From Hormiphora californensis (taxonomy: Eukaryota > Animalia > Ctenophora): a stretch of 64,000 nucleotides of DNA. The notes beneath the pieces were generated by a model. That model saw only the letters and a list, made by a program, of their open reading frames with translations. It ran no database searches and had not been told where the DNA came from. The stretch is from NCBI GenBank assembly GCA_020137815.1, contig CM035358.1:7130001-7194000 (forward strand), written 5' to 3'. The translations under genes and the position numbers were made by a program. Positions 23,189 through 33,952 of the stretch are shown here, piece after piece (within the stretch, counting starts at the first letter, position 1; each line of letters begins with the position of its first letter).

Positions 23189-24430
23189 TCTGCTCATTCT
23201 TCTTCTTCTCATGGTACTCCCAGGCCTCAGCTTTAACGTATCCTGGTTAAGTGGAAGTGGTAAATCCCACAGTAGCACTTTTATAGACACCGAACCAGTC
23301 CCTGAGGATCAGACTACACCCACCAAAGCTAAACCTGACGCTGAATTCGTTACTCCCCAAGCAACAACTCCTCATCTCAGCAACACCACTCCCCAAGCAA
23401 CAACTCCTCGTCTCAGCAACAGATACCTGAGCCGGAAAAGAACATGCAGCGAACATTCCATGGACGGATCCATATTAGACAATATCGGGCAGGATACACC
23501 GTCCCGGAATGAACCTGCATATTCACAGCTCGACTCCAGAGGCCCTGTATACGACCCAAAGACCAACACACAGATACTGTTTAAGTCTACAGAAACAGAC
23601 TTCCTGGATACCATTGACCTATTGAGCATTGGACGCCAAATAAGTCACGACCTGATGGAGATACATGGGAACAACACCCTCAACTCGAAGTGCAAACTAA
23701 ACATACGGACAGCCAGTAATGATTGTCCGAAAATATACAAGGACCTTATATCCGCACTCCTCAACACACGTCAATCAATCTACCCAGACATCCCCGGCGA
23801 TGATTGGAACAATCTGACAATCATCTCCACCTACAGCAGGGAAAATGAAGTCAAATTCGTCACTGCAAATGATGTCTTGACAATCGTCCATATCGGAAGA
23901 TCGCAGACTGTTCAATACAAATCAAAATACAATATAGTGGACGCTCCTCTCGACAAAATCAGTGCTCTATTCATCAACCCGAAACACAGGAGCTCTGTCA
24001 AGGTTATCACTAGCTCCTCCTCTGAAGAATCCCTTGACTTCCACTACTGGATAGTCCCCACATTCAGAACTCCAATACAAAATCCCATTCCACCTGGTGT
24101 GGAACCGGAATCCATCAGCCACACAACAGACTCGGCAAGAGAAACCACTGCCCAAGCATCTGACGAAACGAACGATCCCAAACCAGAGACCCGGGTAACC
24201 ATAACCCCAGAAGAAAAAGATCCAGATGGCGCAACCGAGTCCACAACCACAAAAGAGATCAGTCCTGAAACAAGCTCAGAAGTGGCAACACCGGACTCGC
24301 CTAACCAAATTATCTTTGAACCCGACAGCAAAAACTTCATCAAAAGGGAACTGGCGACAAATATAATCACTTCGGCCAGCAAGAAAACCCTCAAGAAGCT
24401 CTGCGAAGCAGCCGACCACACCTTCACTAT

Positions 24431-27400
24431 TTTTAGTGCACCACATGTGGATGTGGATCTTGAATGAGGAGAGAGCGAGAGAGAAAGTGTGTTTTGTAAA
24501 TTGTTTGGTTGGATTTAGCTAATTTATTAAGCAAATTAATTAATTTAAATTTGAGAATTTTATTTATACTAGTTTAACTCATTCCCCCCCCCCTTTTTCT
24601 CACTATACCCCAGGCTACATTCGTCTCGATTCTAATATGTTGTTTTTGTCCCCTTACCCCGACTTTGCCCCCACTAACCTGCCAATATGTTTCCAAAGAT
24701 TTAGAGAGACTATTGGGAAGTTTAATGCCAGATGTCAGTGCCAAGAAGGAGGATGCCGTGTTGGGGATGGTGGTGACCTGTCAGCACTGGTATGTGGTTT
24801 TGCAATTGGAACATTCACTCATTTTTTCACCCTCACCCTTGTTATTTTCCAGCATACGTCTACTAACAATTCACACTCAGTTGATATTGATCAGATTAGT
24901 TTTCTTGACCAGAGCAGTGTCTATGTTACGGTTGACAAGTACCTCAGTTTGTCGGTTGTAGGTGCTATGAATATTATGTTTTTAGGTTGTAGTCTGTCGT
25001 CCTGTAGAGTCGTTGTATTTTCTGTTTTGTACGCTCTAAACTTTTGTATGATTTTTATATGTAATCCCTCTATCTCTAATCCTGGGCCCAAGGATTACAG
25101 TGTTTTATATAACAATGTTCGTGGACTTGTACATTCCTCCAGTCTGGGCTCTGCTTCACCGGAGTTGAACAGACTCAAGTTGGGAGACATGCATGGGTAT
25201 ATTTATGAACACAAACCTGCGATTATTATCTTGAACGAGACCTGGCTCAAGCCAACTATTAGTTCTGTCTCCGTTCTTCCTAATAATTACAGGACGTATC
25301 GTCTCGATCGGTCGGGCAAGACGCACCCTTTTGACCCTTCCCAGCCTCTCAGATTTAGAAGTAACGGGGGTGGTGTCTTGATCGCCCATCGGGATGATGT
25401 TAGTATCTCTAGTCACCAGTTTTGTAAGTTTAGTACGCAGGCTGAGTTGTTAAGTGTGTTCGTCAAGCTAAATAATATCAGTGTGTGTCTCAGTACTTTT
25501 TATAGAGTTGGTACTCTCTCTCAGGATAATTTCTGTAATGTTCGTGATTATCTGCGTAACCTTGTCAAGTCCAAGGGGTTTAAGCGCCATATCCTAATCG
25601 GTGATTTCAATTTTCCTACCATCGATTGGCCCAGTGGTGCTACCCCTAACTCCCTTGAGCGTGATTTTGTTGATCTTTTATGTGGTGATTTGGGACACTC
25701 ACAGCTCATACACGCTCCTACTCACTCACAGGGCAATACCCTAGATCTGTTATTTACTAACTGTCCTGAGATCGTCAGAGATCTAGCTGTGATGGAGAAG
25801 GACGCACTGTGTGTATCTGATCACTATGGTGTTTCCTTCTCTATCTCAGCGGGGTATAGATCCAGTAAGGGCAAAGCTAGAACCTGTTTTGATTTTAATA
25901 AGGCCGATTGGTTGGGTCTAAATGTTGCTCTAGCCCGAGTTGACTGGGATGGTATTGTTGTGAGTAATGCTAACTGTGCTTGGAAGAAGTTTTGTTGTAG
26001 CCTTTTCGAGTGTGTTGAGAAGTACATTCCCATGAGACGTCTCAGGGGTTCCTTTGAGCCTCTCTGGTATGATCGTGACTGTAAAAAGGCGCGGCGTATC
26101 AAGGAGGATCTTAGGAAAAAGTATGTGTCAAACCCCACCCCACCCACGAGAGAGAGGTACACCACTGCGAGAAAGGATTTCAAGAATCTGATTATTCAGA
26201 AAATGAACAACTTTTTCGGAGTGAACGATTCTAACTCAATCACCAAGAGATTCTGGTCACATATCAAGTCATCTAGTAAGTGTGATAGGATCCCACCCAC
26301 TGTTTATCGTAATGATGTCACTCGCACTGACCCTAGTGCCAAGGCATCACTATTCAATGCGCATTTTGCGAGTCAATTCACAGAACCGAGTTTGTACAAT
26401 ATTGATATTGACCTGTCCCGTAAAGAGTTTGATTGTTATTTCTCTTGTTCTGAAGTGTATAGTGCGCTGTGCAACATTGATGTGTCTAAGTCATGTGGGC
26501 CCGATGGGATTCATGGCAGGATTCTGAAGAACTGTGCGGGTAGCCTATCCTACCCAATCTGGTTGCTTCTTAATCTCTCCATGTCTACTGGCGTGGTCCC
26601 TGACGACTGGAAGCTAGCTTCCATTGTACCTATACACAAAAAAGGGGACAGTAAGGATGTTGCCAACTACAGACCGATTTCGCTTCTGTCTCTAGTGGGG
26701 AAGATCATGGAGGTGTTAGTTAAGAATAGAATTATGAGTCATTGTGGTTCCATGATTGACCCTAGGCAGCATGGGTTTGTGGAGGGGAGATCTTGCTGTA
26801 CCCAGCTCCTCCCTTTCACACACTCTCTTGCTTCTAACCTTAATCATTCAGACTGTGTGCGTACTGATGTTGTTTATTTTGATTTTAAACGTGCATTCGA
26901 TTCCTGTAATCATGACATCATTCTGAACAAGCTGAAAATCAAATTCGGTTTGGATGGGATGTTGCTTAGATTTATCAAGAACTACCTGAGAGATCGTAGA
27001 CAGAAGGTTGTTATTGATGGTGAGTCATCTGAGGAGTTACCTGTCATCTCGGGTGTTCCCCAGGGGTCCATTCTTGGCCCTGTTCTTTTCACGATTTTTA
27101 TTAATGACATTTTTGATGAAGTCACCGAGGGTACCCATATTTCTCTGTATGCCGACGACACCAAAATTTGGAGAGAGATTGGGTATTGGAGTGATCACCT
27201 GTCGCTTCAGCGCTCAATCTCTAACCTATACTCTTGGTCAGTCAGGAACAAGATGTGTTTTCACCCACAAAAGTGTAAAGTGTTGAGTGTCTCGCCCACC
27301 GGGGCTCACCACCGCCCCATCCCTCTCCCGTTCTGTGAGTTTTTCTACACCCTCAACTCTGTGTTTGTTGATTATGTTACCAATCAGCTAGATTTGGGTG

Positions 27401-28385
27401 TATTTGTTACCAGTAACTTGAATTGGAGTTCTCACTGCGAGTATATTACCACCAGTATGATCTCCAAGTTCAATTTGTTGCGTAGGACGTGCTATTTTCT
27501 TAACAACAGTGCCAACAAGAGATCTCTTTACCTGACCATGGTGCGTTCTCTAATTGAGCACTGTAGTCCTATCTGGTGTAACATCGGTAGGACTCAGTTG
27601 CTTTCTCTTGAGAAATTGCAGAAGAGAGTTGTCAAATGGATCAGAAATGAACCTATGGCATCATACAGCAATGTTCAATACGTGTCTTATCTCAAGGGTC
27701 TGAACATCCTTCCATTCAAGGAACTCTTCTTGTATAATGACCTGCGGCTGTTTTACCAGATTGTCTATAATATGGTACAGATTGACATTCCTGATTCTAT
27801 AAGGCCAGTTGATGTTGCCGATCTTCGACCTACGCGTCAAAATCGTGACATTATTGCTGGCCTAGACCGTACCACCCTTGTGGACACGAGTAACAGCCAC
27901 AAGTGCTCCTCTACTTTGCGTGACAGCTTTTTCCACAGGACTACCAGGTCCTGGAATTTGCTGCCATACGAACTTCGACAGAGTGAAACTTTACCCATCT
28001 TTCTGACTAAGCTCAAGCTCAACCTTTTCAGTTATATTGATATCGATAATATTCTATGATTTTCCCATCACCCCACATCACTTCACTATCTCATCACTGC
28101 TCACATGAATGTTCCAATTGCAATACCGCTGCCACTCCTGCGGGACGCCTACTCTCCTCGCGGCGCCTCCCCTCTCTAACTGTAAATCTAGTCTAGTGGC
28201 AACAACGATATATTTTTAATATTTTTAATTTATTTAATGTAAACATAAGCTACCTATAGAGGGGCTTCTTAAGTGCGGGATTCCTGCGTGAAGCCCTCAG
28301 ACGCACGGCGTGTGATATTATTTGATCTCTAAAAAATGCGAATTGTTTCCGTAACCGTTTGAAACTTCTTCCAATAAAAAAAAAT
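24431..28385 (+). mobile_element. CR1/L2-group LINE inserted into ORF1 of the outer LINE
   Basis: Abrupt switch to T/G-rich composition; ends in aataaaaaaaaa; at most a 2-bp duplication (at). Confidence 0.85.
24637..28059 (+). CDS. LINE ORF2: APE endonuclease + reverse transcriptase (1140-aa ORF)
   Basis: YNNVRGL, LNETWL, GDFN, TLDLLF and SDH (APE); NYRPISL, DFKRAFD, GVPQGSILGP and YADD (RT). Intact frame. Confidence 0.95.
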   Translation: MLFLSPYPDFAPTNLPICFQRFRETIGKFNARCQCQEGGCRVGDGGDLSALVCGFAIGTFTHFFTLTLVIFQHTSTNNSHSVDIDQISFLDQSSVYVTVDKYLSLSVVGAMNIMFLGCSLSSCRVVVFSVLYALNFCMIFICNPSISNPGPKDYSVLYNNVRGLVHSSSLGSASPELNRLKLGDMHGYIYEHKPAIIILNETWLKPTISSVSVLPNNYRTYRLDRSGKTHPFDPSQPLRFRSNGGGVLIAHRDDVSISSHQFCKFSTQAELLSVFVKLNNISVCLSTFYRVGTLSQDNFCNVRDYLRNLVKSKGFKRHILIGDFNFPTIDWPSGATPNSLERDFVDLLCGDLGHSQLIHAPTHSQGNTLDLLFTNCPEIVRDLAVMEKDALCVSDHYGVSFSISAGYRSSKGKARTCFDFNKADWLGLNVALARVDWDGIVVSNANCAWKKFCCSLFECVEKYIPMRRLRGSFEPLWYDRDCKKARRIKEDLRKKYVSNPTPPTRERYTTARKDFKNLIIQKMNNFFGVNDSNSITKRFWSHIKSSSKCDRIPPTVYRNDVTRTDPSAKASLFNAHFASQFTEPSLYNIDIDLSRKEFDCYFSCSEVYSALCNIDVSKSCGPDGIHGRILKNCAGSLSYPIWLLLNLSMSTGVVPDDWKLASIVPIHKKGDSKDVANYRPISLLSLVGKIMEVLVKNRIMSHCGSMIDPRQHGFVEGRSCCTQLLPFTHSLASNLNHSDCVRTDVVYFDFKRAFDSCNHDIILNKLKIKFGLDGMLLRFIKNYLRDRRQKVVIDGESSEELPVISGVPQGSILGPVLFTIFINDIFDEVTEGTHISLYADDTKIWREIGYWSDHLSLQRSISNLYSWSVRNKMCFHPQKCKVLSVSPTGAHHRPIPLPFCEFFYTLNSVFVDYVTNQLDLGVFVTSNLNWSSHCEYITTSMISKFNLLRRTCYFLNNSANKRSLYLTMVRSLIEHCSPIWCNIGRTQLLSLEKLQKRVVKWIRNEPMASYSNVQYVSYLKGLNILPFKELFLYNDLRLFYQIVYNMVQIDIPDSIRPVDVADLRPTRQNRDIIAGLDRTTLVDTSNSHKCSSTLRDSFFHRTTRSWNLLPYELRQSETLPIFLTKLKLNLFSYIDIDNIL

Positions 28386-29823
28386 ACTCGATGCAAGGAT
28401 GCTCCTTCTCAAAGACCTAGACTCTATCTTGGAAGAAACTAGTAGGCCCTCGGCTAAGTTTTGCCGAGCCATGCTGGAACAGTTGACATCAACCGCCGTA
28501 AACTTGGAACTAGACCGACTTGAAATTGAGTCAAGTGTCAACACGGTGGCCTTCAAAAGAACTCTACTGGTCAAACACTGGTGCGAAGATTCTGAATCTA
28601 CCCCACATACAGCTAGCCAAAAACCCGTTACTGCAGCAAGCTTAAAGAAATCTTCCAGGAAACAGCAGATTAAGGCCCCGACCGATCAACAGAAGGTTGG
28701 AGAATCCTCAGAACACACCAATGGGAACAGACAGGAAGATGTAGCCAAACAACCCGCTCAGCCTGAATCCTCTAAAGATATCATAATCAAGCTAATGGAA
28801 GAAAGACTTCTCTCACTGGAAAGAAAGATGAACTCGATGTCAGCGGCAATGGTCGCCAGCGACAACGGAACAGAACTGCTCCTAAGAGAATCAGAAACGA
28901 AGATCAAGAACCTCCAGAAATCAGTGGAAGATCAGCAAAAACTCTTACAGAATCAGCAACTGTTGATCAATCAACTTCAAACCACCACGAACAACCTGAA
29001 CCAAGCCCTTGAGAAATGCACCAAGGACCTCCAAGAACTCCGACCTACCCCTAGCAACCACCAACCATCCTACAACTCACGGAGGAGGCAGGGCTCTACT
29101 AGACCAGATCAAAGCACAACCAGCTCTGGCAACACCACTCCAAACACCATCAGTCCCCACATGAGGCAGCCCAACGCACAACCACCCACTCAGAGAGGAA
29201 CCACAACTGCAAGTGGAGACCTCGCTCCAAGAAAACCAAAATGCTTCATAGCCCACGGCGCGGAAATGGACTCATTTGATAGGACGCTGTTCTCAAAATC
29301 TTTCGACATCGAAACACACAAGATAACATCACTAGAGGAGGCCAAGACTGAACCCTCAAATCCCAGTGAACTCCAAAAAGCTATCAGGAAGCATCGCCCC
29401 GGTGCCATCGTCCTTCACGTAGGCAAGGAGGACATCCTTAAAAAACTTAAAGACAAGCAACCTATTTCAGCTGAGATAGAAATACTAAAGTCTGTGGTAA
29501 AAGGGATACTACAAAACACCCCCTCTAAGATCTGCGTATCTCTACCGATACCGGCTCCCAAACTACCATCTCTCGATGCCAGCATCAAAACTGGAACCTA
29601 CAAATATCCAGATTCATCACAGAACTCAGGAAAAACCCAGCCTTCACTAACCGGGTATTCACAATAAACAACGCCAGAATCGGTGAACACACTACAACCC
29701 AAGTTGCAACAGACAGTGGGATAGAAAGTATACCAACCGAACATGGTGGGAAAAAACTCTGGCTAAATCTCAGAGAAGGGCTAAACAGAATGACCAATCC
29801 TAACCACAAAAGAAGAACTCACA

Positions 29824-32800
29824 ATGAAGAGTAATTCTCAAGGTGCACCCGAGGCAAACAGTTGCACGCTCAACATCGTGTCCTGGAACATTCACGGAAT
29901 CAAAGACGCTAATCTTGGGCCCAAAACCAACTGTCATGAATTCCTCGCCCAACTGGGTGGTTCCCACGTATTCCTGCTACAAGAAACAAAGGGATCTGTT
30001 GAAGTTGACAGCTACATCTGCCACAACAAGACACGTCCCAACCCACGATCTGGCGGACTAACCATCGGCGTCCACTCAACTATAGCAGCACACACTAAAC
30101 TAATCAAAACTGACCACGAGGACCTTCTCGCACTAAGGATTTCCAGGAAAATCACCGGGACAGGGAAGGACCTCACCATCATTAATGTATACGACTCCCC
30201 ACCCGAAAGCAGTTACAAAAAGAAATGGGCAGGTACCAGTGAGGAGAGGGACACACTCCATGACCTGAGCCAACTGCTCCTATCTCTAAGGCAAACCGAG
30301 ATCCTAATTGCCGGTGACATGAACGCTAGATTGAGTGGACTCAACACGATCCCACCGACTCAACACATCTCTGATGACATTCTCTCCAGCGGAGACCCGT
30401 CTTATAAACAACTCCGCACCAGCAAAGATACTGTCTGCAATGACAGAGGAGCCAAGCTACTTGACTGTCTGTCATCAGCTGAGCTTACCATCCTAAACGG
30501 CTGTACAATTGGCGATCTAACAGGACAGTATACCTGTCACACGTACAATGGAGCTAGTGTTGTTGATTACATCATTGCCTCTGATAGCATTCGCTGCTCC
30601 ACCCGATCTCTCAAGGTCAGGCCACTCCTGCCACTATCGGACCACTGCCCAATAGAAGTGACGCTTAACACCAAGACGACATTGAAAAGTGCAACAGCCC
30701 AAAGGAAGTTTCTAAACCTACCAGACGCTCCTCGGCGAACCAAATGGAAAGACACTACCGCCCAGCTACTCAAAGAACGGCAAATGAAGGACTCTGATGC
30801 TATCTCTGGGTTAATCCGGACAACCTGCAATTGCCGTGATGATGTGTACACCATGAACCAAAAAATATCAGATCTGCTTGCCGCCCAACTCAAAAGCACT
30901 GAACCAGCTGTAGACAAGAAAAAGAAGCACAAAAAACGATACACGAAATCTAAATGGTATGATAAAGAGTGTGACATCCTACGCTTTGAAACCAACCGCC
31001 TTGCACGAGCCCAGGGCAAGGGGAAAACTGCTAACCCCAGGATCAAAGACCTCTACCACCAGCAGAAACGATTGTATCGTCGAACAATGAGGAACAAGAA
31101 GAGCCAGCTCAAGCAAAACTTGAGCAGCAGAATTCTCTCATCCAAAACATTGAACTGGGACACAATCGAGGAACTGAAACAGCAATTCGATCAAAAAGAG
31201 GAACTCAGCATCTCTCATATGACCGACTTCCACAGCTTCTTCAATCAGCTTTACTCCAAAAATCAGAACGAGAAAACTGACACCTGGAAAGCTGACATCC
31301 ATACTAAAATCAATCTGCAATCAGACCTGGAAAATGCACTCAACCAACCTATATGCACTAATGATGTCGAAAAGGCTATCAAGGATCTAAAAAGGGGCAA
31401 ATCGCCAGGCATTGATGGAATACCTAACGAACTACTCAAAGAGGCATGTCCCAACACGATACAGCTACTCACACATCTGTATAACCAATGCCTCGAACAC
31501 GGCGTGTACCCTTGGAACACTACGGTTATAACACCTATCCACAAAAAAGGGCCCAAACATGACCCTAACAACTACCGAGCCATTGCTGTAGGGAGCAGTC
31601 TGGGGCGTGTCTTCTCCGCCATCTATCTGGAGCGCCTAGTGAACTTCAGGAAGACTCACTGCCCGGACCCGCCCAACCAACAAGGCTTTGTGAAGGGTGC
31701 CCAAACCAGCGACCACCTCTTAACACTCCATACTGCCATTCAGAAAGGAATACAGAACAAAGGAAGGCTCTACACTTGCTTTATCGACTTTCGTAAGGCA
31801 TTTGATGGCCTCAACAGAGACGCCCTTCTCCTAAAACTGCTAAACCTTGGAGTTCGTGGGAAGTTCTTCAATGTACTCGACCACATGTACAACAACTCCA
31901 AGGCTCGCCTAAAACTAGCCCAGAAACTCTCTGATCTCATTGACATCCAAATTGGTACAGAACAAGGGCATGTCACAAGTCCAGAGCTTTTCAAGTGTTT
32001 CCTCTTGGACCTATCCACAATACTCAATGATAAAGACCTAAAATCTGACCCAGTAGCACTAGGAACAGCCCTAGTGACTCACTTGCTCTGGGCTGATGAT
32101 CTGGTACTTATGTCAACCTCGGCTAAGGGTCTACAAAAACTCCTCGATGCCCTCTACCGGTTCTGCTCTGATTGGGATCTTACCGTTAACACCGAAAAAA
32201 CGGCTATAATGGTCTTTAACCAAGCTGGGAGGAAACTCAAAGAATCCAACGGCTTTCTCTACGGCGACTCACACATCCCATCAACCAAGACCTATCAATA
32301 TCTCGGTTTGACTTTCTCGGTGAATGGTAACCTACGAGAAGCCCAAAAACAACTGAGAATCAAGAGCATGCGGAGCATTTTCGCCATAAAAAGAATAGTG
32401 GATATCAGATCAATATCCAAGCAAGCGGCCCTAAAACTATTTGATGCTCTGGTAGCACCTGTAGCAGGGTATGCATCAGCTATCTGGCTGCACGAAACAA
32501 GATTTCTCAAGACATCTATAAACGGGAAGCATGTGAAAACTACATCGAAGGACATCTGGGACGACCAAACAGAAAAATGTCAAACCAGCTTTCTGAGATG
32601 GCTACTAGGACTTCGGAAAAACACACCGCTACCTCCACTCTACGGGGACACTGATAGAGTCCCCCTGGCCGTAAGAAACAGCAAACACCTGCTGGACTTC
32701 CACAATAGACTATGTATCATGAGCAACACTCTCGACAACCAAAGCAAGCTAGTCGTACACGCCTATAACGAACAGAAGCGACTACAGTTGCCCTGGTATC

Positions 32801-33324
32801 AAAGTGTCCTAAGGACCTCCGAGATATTCGACTCCAATGCCCACCACCCGCAGAAGACACTTCTCCCTAACTCCCAACTCGTGCAGGCCCGTATCTCAGA
32901 TTGGTTTTGGACCCAATGGGACGATATTCGCCACAGCAACCGGAAGCTTGAATTCTACAACAGTGTCAAGACCGGACATGGCTTTGAGGATTACCTAGAA
33001 AGAAGGACGGCACCTGACTTCATCAAGTTAAGAACGAGTACCCACCGCCTAAAAATCGAAACCGGACGCCATAACAAAACTGACAGATCTGAGCGCCTCT
33101 GTGATGATTGCTCCTCACCCGAGTCTATACCTCTTCTGCGTGCCCTCCCTTTCTTCGACCCAATCATCCAAGATGAGTGGCACATGCTGAATGAATGCAC
33201 CCGCACCAAATCAGCTCGAGACCGCCTAACAGATCAAGACAGAACCTCCCTTCGTGGTCATGTCTTCCCCTCACATATCAATCATCATCTCTCTCACCTA
33301 ATTCACACCATCATCAACCCATAA
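29824..33324 (+). CDS. LINE ORF2: APE endonuclease + reverse transcriptase + C-terminal Zn motif (1166 aa)
   Basis: SWNIHG, LQET, GDMNAR, VVDY, SDHCP; NYRAI, DFRKAFD, WADD; HRLKIETGR…ERLCDDC…DEWHMLNEC. Confidence 0.95.
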   Translation: MKSNSQGAPEANSCTLNIVSWNIHGIKDANLGPKTNCHEFLAQLGGSHVFLLQETKGSVEVDSYICHNKTRPNPRSGGLTIGVHSTIAAHTKLIKTDHEDLLALRISRKITGTGKDLTIINVYDSPPESSYKKKWAGTSEERDTLHDLSQLLLSLRQTEILIAGDMNARLSGLNTIPPTQHISDDILSSGDPSYKQLRTSKDTVCNDRGAKLLDCLSSAELTILNGCTIGDLTGQYTCHTYNGASVVDYIIASDSIRCSTRSLKVRPLLPLSDHCPIEVTLNTKTTLKSATAQRKFLNLPDAPRRTKWKDTTAQLLKERQMKDSDAISGLIRTTCNCRDDVYTMNQKISDLLAAQLKSTEPAVDKKKKHKKRYTKSKWYDKECDILRFETNRLARAQGKGKTANPRIKDLYHQQKRLYRRTMRNKKSQLKQNLSSRILSSKTLNWDTIEELKQQFDQKEELSISHMTDFHSFFNQLYSKNQNEKTDTWKADIHTKINLQSDLENALNQPICTNDVEKAIKDLKRGKSPGIDGIPNELLKEACPNTIQLLTHLYNQCLEHGVYPWNTTVITPIHKKGPKHDPNNYRAIAVGSSLGRVFSAIYLERLVNFRKTHCPDPPNQQGFVKGAQTSDHLLTLHTAIQKGIQNKGRLYTCFIDFRKAFDGLNRDALLLKLLNLGVRGKFFNVLDHMYNNSKARLKLAQKLSDLIDIQIGTEQGHVTSPELFKCFLLDLSTILNDKDLKSDPVALGTALVTHLLWADDLVLMSTSAKGLQKLLDALYRFCSDWDLTVNTEKTAIMVFNQAGRKLKESNGFLYGDSHIPSTKTYQYLGLTFSVNGNLREAQKQLRIKSMRSIFAIKRIVDIRSISKQAALKLFDALVAPVAGYASAIWLHETRFLKTSINGKHVKTTSKDIWDDQTEKCQTSFLRWLLGLRKNTPLPPLYGDTDRVPLAVRNSKHLLDFHNRLCIMSNTLDNQSKLVVHAYNEQKRLQLPWYQSVLRTSEIFDSNAHHPQKTLLPNSQLVQARISDWFWTQWDDIRHSNRKLEFYNSVKTGHGFEDYLERRTAPDFIKLRTSTHRLKIETGRHNKTDRSERLCDDCSSPESIPLLRALPFFDPIIQDEWHMLNECTRTKSARDRLTDQDRTSLRGHVFPSHINHHLSHLIHTIINP

Positions 33325-33544
33325 TACACACACTACCACCGCCCACCATACCTCTCCTCTCAACCCCCCTGAACCCTCTCTCTACCCCTCCTACTCCCAC
33401 TTTTTTATAGTTATATGACAATAATATTATTGTTAAGTACTTTTTATTTTGAATCTCTTGAATCTCTTGAATCTCTACCTGTGTGGGAGAGAGAGAAAAA
33501 GAGAGAGAAAAATAGAGATGGAGAGAGAGAGGGAGAGAGAGAGG

Positions 33545-33596
<52 letters not shown>

Positions 33597-33952
33597 CGAG
33601 AAAAAATATATATATTGACTGTAAATTTTACTACCATTCTTCAAACAATATCGTATATCACGTGTTTTAGTTTGATTAACAATGAATAAGCGATCCACTT
33701 AAAAGAAAAGTGATGAACCTTTTCGCTGATGTTGGTGTGATGTCGGAATCGGTCTGTATGGCGGCGCCATACCCCATTTGATTCTCACACACACAGTGCG
33801 CTCAGATGGGTCGCGGCGCCAGACAGGAATCGATAGGGTCTACTGGAGCACTTGCTCGCGATTGCGTCTAGCGCGCGGTGAAAGTGAAAATTGTTAGCAT
33901 TTAGCACGCGCGTGCACTTTTGAGCCGATTTTCGGTTCACGTGGTGCATGAG

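Larger units (their letters stand above)
23212..29834 (+). pseudogene. LINE ORF1 (AlkB-like fold, coiled coil, SGNH-esterase-like), split at 24430/28386 and frameshifted near 29600
   Basis: Removing 24431-28385 rejoins …DHTFT-I-LDARMLLL in frame. SGNH-like PGAIVLHVGKEDIL is present. The shifted frame ends at TAA 29834, overlapping the ORF2 ATG. The start codon is uncertain. Confidence 0.7.
22410..33477 (+). mobile_element. Full-length APE-type LINE (RTEX-like), interrupted by a second LINE
   Basis: 5' 48-bp tandem repeats, split ORF1, intact ORF2 and a 3' (ttgaatctc)n tail at ~33448-33477. C/A-rich composition on both sides of the insert. The 5' end is approximate. Confidence 0.8.

Noticed and set aside
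22458-23236. Cys/Pro-rich repeat protein ORFs on both strands
   Set aside because: Translations of a 48-bp tandem repeat that is open in several frames; most likely LINE 5' UTR monomers.
24515-24556. Spliced-leader-like sequence (caaattaattaatttaaatttgag)
   Set aside because: Only weak AT-rich resemblance, with no following GT donor or Sm site; not callable as an SL RNA gene.
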